A DNA stretch of 64,000 nt from Candidatus Heimdallarchaeota archaeon (GTDB lineage Archaea > Asgardarchaeota > Heimdallarchaeia > Heimdallarchaeales > Heimdallarchaeaceae), in NCBI GenBank assembly GCA_030603365.1, contig JAUVXV010000004.1:160001-224000 (forward strand), read 5' to 3'. This document shows, piece after piece, positions 1-8,749 of this stretch (positions are counted from its first letter, which is position 1; every line of letters starts with the position of its first letter). Position numbers and translations under genes: made by a program. A model generated the notes under the pieces. The model was not told the DNA's origin. It did no database searches and saw only the letters and a program-made list of their open reading frames with translations.

Positions 1-1
1 T

Positions 2-367
2 AACATCATTGGAGAAACTGTGTTGTTCCAAATAAGAGAAGGCAAAGATTCAGATATAAACGTTATAACACTGGAAAAAATACGAAACACTATGGGTGCA
101 TATGATGTTCCTGCTTCAATGATAAATGATGCTTTACAACAATTAAAAATCGTTTTACGAACAGCCATTAAGGAAGCTGAAGTCTCAATCAATGTTAAAG
201 ATATATCAGAAGACATTTCAAAAATGAAAGCTTTAAGTGATGCTGAAATGTCAGAACTCATTGTAAAGTTTGAAGGTCTTGATAGATTCAAAGAGAATAT
301 TCGTAACAAAATAGTGGAAAAACTCCAATTATCATATGAACAGTTACTAAAGGTAGATTATATCTAA
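2..367 (+). CDS. C-terminal part of a gene truncated by the window edge; helical hypothetical protein, possibly the AAA+ ATPase (PrkA/MoxR/chelatase-type) partner of the downstream vWA protein
   Basis: Frame is open from position 2 to TAA at 365-367. The ATPase idea rests on gene context only; no Walker motif lies inside the window. Confidence 0.5.
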   Translation, partial: NIIGETVLFQIREGKDSDINVITLEKIRNTMGAYDVPASMINDALQQLKIVLRTAIKEAEVSINVKDISEDISKMKALSDAEMSELIVKFEGLDRFKENIRNKIVEKLQLSYEQLLKVDYI

Positions 368-401
368 GGTGATCTTACTTTAACTTTGCAGAGTTGATAA
401 A

Positions 402-1787
402 ATGCCCCATCGAATAAATTTCGTAACTGAAGCAGAATTTGCTGATCCATTGCAACACTACAGTAACCAAGAGTTTGTTCTTGAGTTTGAAGATGCTGCT
501 CAAGTGTTAAAATTATGGCGAAATCCACATTTGGGTAGAAGTTCTCGTGAAGGTGCAGTTTTATCCATTGCTTCTAAAAATGCTGTTGCAGTAGAAAACA
601 TAATACAGAAAATTATGAATACATACTTGACTGCTGCTGAAGAAGAACGACTAGTTAATGAAATTAAACTCCTTCGTTTTATTGGTGAACGCGTACTTCC
701 AGATGTTTTGGAAAGAGTAAATCGTAACGAACTTCAAACAGTAGAAGATATTCTAAAGTATATTCAGGAACTTCTGAAGGAAATAAAACATGAAGGGTCT
801 GTTGACCTTCAACGTTTAGCAGAAAAACTCAATCAACTGAAGGATATTGTAGATATTGAAATTACTGATGCTTTTGGAAGGAAAAAGAGAATCTCACGAG
901 AAAGTGTCATGGACCTTCTAGGGAAAATCCTCGGTAGATATTTAGTGAAACAAATATCTGTTGCACCAATTGATGAAGTTCAAAAGCGCCCTAGAGGCAC
1001 AATTAGATTAAAAGAAACTTATCGTAGAGCGATATTAAGTTCTCAATCTGTTCCTCCTACTAAAGTGAAACAAGAAGATATAATGAGAGTTAAGAAAGAT
1101 CGTCGATCTTTAGTGTATCTAATTGTTGATATGAGCCAATCTATGCGGAAAAGTGTTTTTGAAGGAGGGATGTCTCGTTTAGATGGGGCACTTCTTACTA
1201 GTCTCAGTTTATACTACTATTTCAAGACACTCAACAGAAGAAAAAGGAAAAGCTATGATATGTTCAAACTTGCTGTTGTTCCTATTAGAAAGAATCCTAC
1301 AGTTATAGATGGTGATAACAACATGGAGCAACTTCTACTCACAGCTGAAGCACGTGGAAAAACATATATGGTTCAAAGCGTTCTCGCTGCGATTGAGCAT
1401 GCAAAAAGTCAATATATAGAGAAAGATATTGACGTTCAGTTCACAATTGTAACAGATGGAATGCCTAATGTGCCTTCTTATCCCTTCAAGCACCGCACAA
1501 ATAAAGAACTCAAGAAGTATTTCGATGAGATTGATACTAAAACTAGACCAAATACTATAGAATGCTTACTACAACTTAACGGAATCTTTTCAAGTTTAAA
1601 GAATGACCGGTCAAGAAACTGGAATGTGTCTTATTTCTTAATGGGGCCAGATTCACTAAGAAACAAGGAAATCTATATACATACCAAAAGAATGCTGAAA
1701 GGAATCACAAGGCCTATATTAGTAGACCCAGCCCAAGTTAGGAATCTTGGAGAACAGATACTAAGGGAGAGTATTTTATATGCTTAA
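402..1787 (+). CDS. von Willebrand factor A (vWA) domain protein
   Basis: MIDAS motif LIVDMSQSM (DxSxS), G-K-T, and IVTDG; upstream 'IRLKETYRRAI' segment typical of AAA-associated vWA proteins. Confidence 0.85.
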   Translation: MPHRINFVTEAEFADPLQHYSNQEFVLEFEDAAQVLKLWRNPHLGRSSREGAVLSIASKNAVAVENIIQKIMNTYLTAAEEERLVNEIKLLRFIGERVLPDVLERVNRNELQTVEDILKYIQELLKEIKHEGSVDLQRLAEKLNQLKDIVDIEITDAFGRKKRISRESVMDLLGKILGRYLVKQISVAPIDEVQKRPRGTIRLKETYRRAILSSQSVPPTKVKQEDIMRVKKDRRSLVYLIVDMSQSMRKSVFEGGMSRLDGALLTSLSLYYYFKTLNRRKRKSYDMFKLAVVPIRKNPTVIDGDNNMEQLLLTAEARGKTYMVQSVLAAIEHAKSQYIEKDIDVQFTIVTDGMPNVPSYPFKHRTNKELKKYFDEIDTKTRPNTIECLLQLNGIFSSLKNDRSRNWNVSYFLMGPDSLRNKEIYIHTKRMLKGITRPILVDPAQVRNLGEQILRESILYA

Positions 1788-3354
1788 AGAAGAACTTGCG
1801 GAGATAATTGTTGTTTATCAAAATGCTCGTGAGGATTTCAAAACTCTTGTAGGAGAAACTCCTGAAAATTATAGAGTTCTTATTTTTCTTGACCCTGAAA
1901 TGCATGTTTCTGTTAATCGAGTGGTAGAGGTCACAGGAACTCCTCAAGCTATACTAACTTCTGAGCAGATAACAAATCTTAGATCTGCAAGGATAAGTGA
2001 ATTTCTTCCTACTGGAAAAGAAACTGTCTATAATTCTCTTCCTACACTAATTTATCTATCAGTACCCTCCTACGAACTAACAATGGAGGAAGAACTGACC
2101 TTAAGAGTGATGCTTATTCATGCTTTTGCTCATGCTCTTATGAATGAGAAAACTGAATCAAATTCAGCGAGAGTTTTGGCTCAACTATATCAATTGGATG
2201 TTATACTCAAGGAACTAATGAGTAACAATGTTTTCCAGTTGAATAAAGTATCAAAAGACAAACATGTTTGGGCTTGGCAGTATTTCCAAGATTTAATTGG
2301 TGTAATAAGATTATTTACAGAAGCAGGTGTGGACGATTTCTATACTCCTCCTGAAGAAGCAAGAAAGTATACTCTGTTCAATAACTTTTCAATTGAAGCA
2401 ATAAATCTCATAGGAGAACGAGCAAAAACTGCAAGAAAGAAACATCTTCACGATATTATAGATGAAGGATTTGCTCATTATATACAACAAAAAGCAATAG
2501 AATACTTGTTAAAGAAAGATGAATACAAGCTTCCAAAAAGACATGAAGATAGATCCATAATATATCCAAATGGATTAAAAGCATTTTTAGCTCCTCCAGT
2601 AGGAGTTTTCAGTCAAGTAGCTATTAACAAACTTCTTACTAAATATAAAGATGAAAAGGAGATGTTTTCTAAATTATTCTCCTACAAATCTGATATAGAG
2701 TTTCTTGAAGAATTTACTTGGGATGAAATAAAGGATTTATTGGCAGTTAACAAAAATGCTCATTCAGAATATGTTGTAGATCATTGGCACTCATCAATAA
2801 GTAGATGGTCAGATATATGGTCTGTCTATGCTTATGGATGGAGGCAGATAGAAGAATACGTAAGTAAAGTTTTCAGAAGAAAATATTCTACTTTTGGTCA
2901 ACTTCTTGATGAAAATCCAAGTATTTCTTTTAAAGGATATGTTAAAGTGGATAACAAGAAAGTATATGTTTTTGAGGCTAATGATTATGGTATTGGAATA
3001 GATCAATTAGTCATTCTTCACAATCATATGTCTCTTTATAGAGATGATTTCAAAACAATTCTTCCTGCTTTTGCTGATGTGATTGTCTTTAAGAAAGTTG
3101 GAGGAATTCATGTTGCTACTTTATTTGCAGTCCACAAGGCCAAGTATAAATCTCTCTCGCCATATAACTTACCAGTTATAACCAGGGCAGTTCAAGTGAC
3201 AAAAAGAAAGGATGCATATAAGTTTGATTTAGACGAGGAAAAGGAAGCAAAATTCGAAATTAGAAATATTGACTATACACATCTCAGAAAGTTGACTCAA
3301 CCTCAACGAGGTGCTATTAGTTATCTAATAAAGGAGGGGTTGTTTGAATTATGA
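1780..3354 (+). CDS. Divergent SpoVR/YcgB-like protein (zincin-like HxxxH...EG motif lacking the catalytic Glu)
   Basis: Ordered motifs ETVYNSLP, LIHAFAH, IIDEGFAHY, SDIEFLEEF and P-x-I...YGIGID resemble recalled SpoVR blocks; start overlaps the vWA gene stop. Confidence 0.55.
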   Translation: MLKEELAEIIVVYQNAREDFKTLVGETPENYRVLIFLDPEMHVSVNRVVEVTGTPQAILTSEQITNLRSARISEFLPTGKETVYNSLPTLIYLSVPSYELTMEEELTLRVMLIHAFAHALMNEKTESNSARVLAQLYQLDVILKELMSNNVFQLNKVSKDKHVWAWQYFQDLIGVIRLFTEAGVDDFYTPPEEARKYTLFNNFSIEAINLIGERAKTARKKHLHDIIDEGFAHYIQQKAIEYLLKKDEYKLPKRHEDRSIIYPNGLKAFLAPPVGVFSQVAINKLLTKYKDEKEMFSKLFSYKSDIEFLEEFTWDEIKDLLAVNKNAHSEYVVDHWHSSISRWSDIWSVYAYGWRQIEEYVSKVFRRKYSTFGQLLDENPSISFKGYVKVDNKKVYVFEANDYGIGIDQLVILHNHMSLYRDDFKTILPAFADVIVFKKVGGIHVATLFAVHKAKYKSLSPYNLPVITRAVQVTKRKDAYKFDLDEEKEAKFEIRNIDYTHLRKLTQPQRGAISYLIKEGLFEL

Positions 3355-4124
3355 GTTTCCTAGATTTCTTACGCGGATTAACAATAGGAAGAAAACTAAA
3401 AAGTGAAGATCCATTAGATCGTGCATATTTCTCTCTTTTCATACGAAGAAGAGGAAAAGCTAAGGATATTAAAAGAATTTACCCTTTGATTGAGGATTCG
3501 GATTGGAATGTGAGAAATGCAGCAGCAGCTACCATTATAGAATTAGCTTCTAAATATCCAGAAATCAAAAAGAATGTTCTTAATCACCTTCATAATCTAA
3601 TTGAAAATAGCTCTTTGGCAATTAAACTTTCTACTTTGGAAGTTTTAGGTCATCTGAAAGATTATGGTTCAAAACCTTACTTAGTTAAGATTTTGGAAGA
3701 AAGTGATTATGATCTTCAATATGCAGCTATACGCGCAATTGGTTATTTAGATGATGTTGATGTTCTTAATCCACTTAAAAACGTAGTTTATGCAAGAGAT
3801 TATATCACAAGAAGAGCAGCAATACTCTCCGTTGTCAGAATTGCAAATTCAGTTAAAGAGGAAGAACAAGTCGGAAAATTAACCGATCATATGCATATTG
3901 TAATGGAATCTTACCTTGAATTAGAAGAGTTAGGGGAGACTATTTGTAAGATAATGGATTTTGCAGAAGTAGATAAACTACCTGAAATGAAAGGATATTC
4001 AGAATCAGAAATTGTTAAATTGGAAGGATTAATTGAGCAAAAAGATTATAGCGTTGAACTCTACCAGAATTTCGCTAGATTGATTTTTCCTGTATATTTC
4101 CCACTTGATGAGGAGGAAAACTAG
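3351..4124 (+). CDS. HEAT (PBS-lyase-like) repeat protein
   Basis: Repeated units DSDWNVRNAAA, SLAIKLSTLEVLG, SDYDLQYAAIRAIG, RDYITRRAAI; ATGA overlap with the upstream gene. Confidence 0.85.
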   Translation: MSFLDFLRGLTIGRKLKSEDPLDRAYFSLFIRRRGKAKDIKRIYPLIEDSDWNVRNAAAATIIELASKYPEIKKNVLNHLHNLIENSSLAIKLSTLEVLGHLKDYGSKPYLVKILEESDYDLQYAAIRAIGYLDDVDVLNPLKNVVYARDYITRRAAILSVVRIANSVKEEEQVGKLTDHMHIVMESYLELEELGETICKIMDFAEVDKLPEMKGYSESEIVKLEGLIEQKDYSVELYQNFARLIFPVYFPLDEEEN

Positions 4125-4390
4125 AACCTTCTCCTTCTAAATTTGTCTGTGCAGAAATCCACAAACTCTTTTCCTATTTCATTCAAGTCTTTTTCTTGTT
4201 TCCATTTCTTTTCAGTATGTTCTTGTATTTCTAGACCACAAAGATGAAAACATGTTGATATTAAGGCAAATCCCATCATTCTTTCTCTAAGGTTGTCAGA
4301 ATCTATCAGTTTCAAAGCTCTCTTTTGGTGGGGATTTATCACTTCAGATTCTTCGTAAAAAACTTGATCTGTCTCTGTGGTAACAATCAT
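4121..4390 (-). CDS. Small hypothetical protein
   Basis: ORF 4121..4444; the likely start is the ATG at 4390, with a TTTTATATA box about 26-34 nt upstream on the minus strand. Confidence 0.55.
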   Translation of the reverse strand: MIVTTETDQVFYEESEVINPHQKRALKLIDSDNLRERMMGFALISTCFHLCGLEIQEHTEKKWKQEKDLNEIGKEFVDFCTDKFRRRRF

Positions 4391-4467
4391 TATTATTATA
4401 GAATCGTTATTTGAGTATATAAAACTACAATAAACGGTAAGCAAGGCTAGAAAATTTTTGTATTACT

Positions 4468-4677
4468 CTACCTGACTACTTTTCTTTCTTTCATTTGGTC
4501 AATTGAGTAGAAAACACAGATACGTTTCATATCTTTATCTTCATGAGGTAAAGAGTACCAAGCACGAACTCTTCCATGGGGAGCTTCAATACTTCTGTAA
4601 AGTTTTTCTAAGTAACTCATAATATTTTGATCTTCTAATTCGTCTTTCGGAATGTCGAAGTAATTTATGAATTCCAT
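4468..4677 (-). CDS. Small hypothetical protein (69 aa)
   Basis: ATG-started ORF filling the intergenic space, protein-like composition. Confidence 0.6.
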   Translation of the reverse strand: MEFINYFDIPKDELEDQNIMSYLEKLYRSIEAPHGRVRAWYSLPHEDKDMKRICVFYSIDQMKERKVVR

Positions 4678-4784
4678 ATAATGTTAATTGTCAAATATCT
4701 TTTTTAAAGAGTGTATTACATAGCTGTTACATTTAGAAAGAGAAATATCTACTTTATATTGTGAAATCTTTCTTCAAAATAAAC

Positions 4785-4796
4785 ATCCTTTTTAAT
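4785..4796 (+). promoter_or_regulatory. TATA-like promoter element of uvrB (ATCCTTTTTAAT)
   Basis: Ends 19 nt before the ATG at 4815; an identical 12-mer has the same spacing before the start at 9666. Confidence 0.5.
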
Positions 4797-4814
4797 TTGA
4801 AATAGATAGGAAAG

Positions 4815-6797
4815 ATGATAATGACACTAGACATTGAGACTCCCTTAAAACCTAGAGGGGATCAACCAAAGGCAATAGAAAAACTAGTTGATGGAATAAA
4901 GAAAGGACATCAAAAACAAACTCTCCTTGGAGTTACTGGATCTGGTAAAACTATGACCATGGCACGTGTTATTGATAAAATAAAGAAACCAACCTTGGTT
5001 ATTGGTCCTAATAAAACCCTTGTTGCCCAGTTGTTTGGAGAATTTAAGACGCTTTTTCCATCAGCAAGTGTTAACTATTATGTTTCCTTTTATGATTATT
5101 ATCAACCTGAAGCATACTTGCCTTCCAAAGATCTTTACATCGAAAAAGATGTAGATATCAATCGCGAAATTGAACGCTTACGACATACGGCTCTTGAAGC
5201 TTTGGCTACCAGGGATGATGTAATTGTTTGTGCTTCAGTGTCTTGTATTTATGGAACAGGTCATCCCGATGTTTATCGTTCTAGACGTATAGCATTAAGT
5301 GTAGGAGAGAATCTTGATCGTCAAGATTTAATGTTAGAATTAGTGAAGAATCAGTATGAAAGAAATGATATCAGTCTTGAACGTAAAAATTTCAGGGTTA
5401 GAGGAGATTCCATAGATATTTTTCCGCTTTATGGTGATTATGTCTATCGTATTGAGTTCTTTGGAGACGAAATAGAACGTTTAACAGCTCGACATCCAGT
5501 CACTGGAGAGAAAATCAAAGAATATCCTCAAATGTCGATTTTTCCAGGTACACAATATCTTGCAAATGATGCTTTCTTCGAATCTGCTTTAGGCGATATT
5601 AAATTAGAACTTGATATGCGTTTAGCTGAATTCCAAAAAGAGGGTAAAGTTGTAGAAAGCCATAGACTAAGACAGAAGACTCTTTATGATTTAGAACTTC
5701 TAAGAGAAACAGGAGGCTGTTCTGGAATAGAAAATTATTCCCGTCACTTCGACAGAAGAAAACCAGGAGAAAAACCCTTTACTCTTCTTGATCACTTCCC
5801 AGATGATTTTCTATTAATTATAGATGAATCACATCTTACAATTCCCCAACTTCATGGTATGTATGGGGGAGATTTTTCAAGAAAAAAGAATCTAATTGAT
5901 CATGGTTTCAGGCTTCCATCAGCAGCTGATAACAGACCTTTTAGATTTGAAGAAACCGAGAAATATATGAGAACTGTTGTTTTTACAAGTGCTACTCCTG
6001 GGCCATATGAACATAAGTTTTCTCAGCAAATTGTGGAACAGATAATTCGACCCACAGGACTTATTGATCCTAAAATAGATGTCAGACGTAATGAAGGGCA
6101 AATACTTGATTTAGTTAGCGAAATAAATCAGAGAGTAGCTAAAGCGGAAAGGGTACTAGTTACTACACTAACAAAACAGAGCGCAGAAATGCTCTCTGAT
6201 TACCTGCTAGAGATGAAAATAAAATCAATTTATCTACATCATGAAGTTGATACTCTTGATAGAATAGAGATATTGAAGGACCTTAGACTTGGAAAGTATG
6301 ATGTAGTAGTTGGAATTAATTTATTGAGAGAAGGTTTAGATCTTCCTGAGGTAGCTTTAGTAGCTATACTTGATGCAGATAAAGAAGGATTTCTAAGATC
6401 GAGGAGATCACTGATTCAACTTATGGGACGAGCAAGTAGAAATGTTCATGGGAGTGTCATTCTCTATGCTGATAAATTGACAGATTCCATGAAACAAGCG
6501 ATTAGTGAAAATAATAGAAGACGAATTATTCAGCAAGAATATAACAATAAGCACGGCATAAAACCTACTACTATTCAAAAAGAAGTCAAATCAATCGTAG
6601 AACATTTGATGCAAGTTACTCCAAAGGAAGAAGAGAAAATAGACGTTCCGGATGGTTTAGCAACTGAAGATATCTTCCTTATTATCGATGATTTAAAAGA
6701 AAGAATGGCAGAAGCAGCAGGAACACTAGACTTCGAAAAAGCTGCTATCTATAGAGATAAAATTAAAGAACTTGAAAAAATGGTGAGCTCTAAATGA
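4815..6797 (+). CDS. uvrB: Excinuclease ABC subunit B
   Basis: GVTGSGKT Walker A, YYDYYQPEAY beta-hairpin, IIDESH, GRASRN, C-terminal UVR domain (DFEKAAIYRD). Confidence 0.98.
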   Translation: MIMTLDIETPLKPRGDQPKAIEKLVDGIKKGHQKQTLLGVTGSGKTMTMARVIDKIKKPTLVIGPNKTLVAQLFGEFKTLFPSASVNYYVSFYDYYQPEAYLPSKDLYIEKDVDINREIERLRHTALEALATRDDVIVCASVSCIYGTGHPDVYRSRRIALSVGENLDRQDLMLELVKNQYERNDISLERKNFRVRGDSIDIFPLYGDYVYRIEFFGDEIERLTARHPVTGEKIKEYPQMSIFPGTQYLANDAFFESALGDIKLELDMRLAEFQKEGKVVESHRLRQKTLYDLELLRETGGCSGIENYSRHFDRRKPGEKPFTLLDHFPDDFLLIIDESHLTIPQLHGMYGGDFSRKKNLIDHGFRLPSAADNRPFRFEETEKYMRTVVFTSATPGPYEHKFSQQIVEQIIRPTGLIDPKIDVRRNEGQILDLVSEINQRVAKAERVLVTTLTKQSAEMLSDYLLEMKIKSIYLHHEVDTLDRIEILKDLRLGKYDVVVGINLLREGLDLPEVALVAILDADKEGFLRSRRSLIQLMGRASRNVHGSVILYADKLTDSMKQAISENNRRRIIQQEYNNKHGIKPTTIQKEVKSIVEHLMQVTPKEEEKIDVPDGLATEDIFLIIDDLKERMAEAAGTLDFEKAAIYRDKIKELEKMVSSK

Positions 6798-8602
6798 GTC
6801 TTTTCTCTGATCTTGAAGAGATACCGGACGACCCAGGAGTATATTTAATTAAAGATAAAGATGAAAAGGTAATTTACGTAGGTAAAGCCAAGAATTTGAA
6901 GAACAGAGTTAAACAACATTTCCAAACCACCTCTCTTCCAAAAGAAGACAAACTTCAAGAATTAGCTCATAGAGTTAATTGGTTTTTAGTAAGAAATGAA
7001 TCAGAGGCATTGATTTTAGAGAGGAAATTGATAAGACAACTATCTCCTAAACTTAATAGCATGCTAAAGGACGATAAGTCTAATTTACTTGTTAGAATAA
7101 CTATGGAAGATACATTCCCTCAGATACTTATTGTTAGAGAAACAGATTCACGTGTAAGTAAGAGTGTATACTTCGGTCCTTTTACTAATAACACGATGCT
7201 CAGACAGACAGTTAAATTGGTTTTAAGGTTATTTCCAATATGTAACTGTGGTAAAAATTTTGAAAGAATCAGAGAAAAAGGTTCTACAATTCGATGTATG
7301 CGGGCAAGGTTGGGAAGATGTTTAGCTCCTTGGAAGAACGATATTACTTCAGAAGAATATCGAAAAACAGCCAAAAATGTAATTTCTTTTCTCAGGGGAG
7401 ATGTAGCTCAACTATTAGATAATATTGAAAAAGAGATGTGGGTAGCTTCAAAGGATTCAAATTATGAAAAAGCAGCATCTTTACGAGACCTCACTCGAGC
7501 TGTACGTACAATTTTGAATATTCAAGAAGATCTTAAATCTGTAAGAAAGAATGTAGATGTATTGGCTTATATTGAGGAAGAGGATGACATAGCTTTCTGC
7601 AAATTAGAAATTAGAGCGTATCGCATACATAACATCATGAACGATGTTTTTCCAAAAGAGGACGGGAAGTTAAAGAAACTAGGTGAAGTGTTAGCATTTA
7701 TTTATGGTCAAGAAAAACCAAAATTTTCAATTTTACTAGATAAGAATTTTACAAATCGTTTTAAAATAAATATTGAATTACCCATAAAATATCCTACAAA
7801 CACTGTTTCAGAGCAATTGTGTAAGATAGCAGAAAAAAATGCTCGTAGTGAGATGCAGAAATATAAACGAGATGTTCAATATCTGAAAGAATCCGAAAAT
7901 GTTCTAGAGGAAATGCAGAAACAATTTCAGCTATCAGACTTACCTGAAATCATTCACGGGTATGATATTTCTACTCTCGGAGGAGAACATTCTGTTGGTT
8001 CCTGTGTTGTTTTTCAGAATGGTAAACCTCAGAAGAAATTATATAGACGTTTTCGAATTAGAAAAACCTATTCTGAACCAAATGATTATGCAATGATGGA
8101 GGAAGTTATTTCTAGAAGATATAAGTCTGAGGCTTTGAAAAATGATCCTTCACCTCAATTACTTATCATTGATGGTGGAAAAGGACAACTAAATATTGCT
8201 ATTAAGGTACTAAAAAAACTCAAAATTGATGTACCAATTATAAGCATCGCTAAGAAGAAAGAGGAAATCTATACTAAATGGTCAGATGACCCCCTAAGTA
8301 TTGAAAAAGATTCTAGTGTGCAACGTTTAGTTCAATATGTGCGAGATGAATCACACCGTTTTGCAATTAATTACCATAAGACATTGAGATTAAAATCAGT
8401 TAAAGATTCTGCCTTAGAAAAAATAAAGGGAATAGGGAAAGCTAAGGTTTCAATGCTTTTTCAAGAATACAAAAATCTACAAAATATATCTAATGCAACA
8501 AAAGAGGAAATTATGAAGAAAATAGGTGTAAACGAGGAGATAGCAAAACAGGTCTTATCCATGACTCAAAAAATTCTGAAAAAGAGCCCATACGATGATT
8601 AA
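6794..8602 (+). CDS. uvrC: Excinuclease ABC subunit C
   Basis: GIY-YIG (GVY...YVGKAKNL), UVR domain, RNase H-like domain (YDIS, IDGGKGQL, RDESHRFA), HhH; ATGA overlap with uvrB. Confidence 0.97.
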   Translation: MSLFSDLEEIPDDPGVYLIKDKDEKVIYVGKAKNLKNRVKQHFQTTSLPKEDKLQELAHRVNWFLVRNESEALILERKLIRQLSPKLNSMLKDDKSNLLVRITMEDTFPQILIVRETDSRVSKSVYFGPFTNNTMLRQTVKLVLRLFPICNCGKNFERIREKGSTIRCMRARLGRCLAPWKNDITSEEYRKTAKNVISFLRGDVAQLLDNIEKEMWVASKDSNYEKAASLRDLTRAVRTILNIQEDLKSVRKNVDVLAYIEEEDDIAFCKLEIRAYRIHNIMNDVFPKEDGKLKKLGEVLAFIYGQEKPKFSILLDKNFTNRFKINIELPIKYPTNTVSEQLCKIAEKNARSEMQKYKRDVQYLKESENVLEEMQKQFQLSDLPEIIHGYDISTLGGEHSVGSCVVFQNGKPQKKLYRRFRIRKTYSEPNDYAMMEEVISRRYKSEALKNDPSPQLLIIDGGKGQLNIAIKVLKKLKIDVPIISIAKKKEEIYTKWSDDPLSIEKDSSVQRLVQYVRDESHRFAINYHKTLRLKSVKDSALEKIKGIGKAKVSMLFQEYKNLQNISNATKEEIMKKIGVNEEIAKQVLSMTQKILKKSPYDD

Positions 8603-8749
8603 TATCAATAATCTATAACTCCTCTAGAAAGCTCTTTAGCCTTTCAAAATCCAGTTCTATGGAAGAGTATAATAGTAATAAGGAATAGTATATAAAGGAA
8701 AATAACCCTTAATTGTAATAGTTAAGTTTTTTCTTAACTCGGTGATTAA

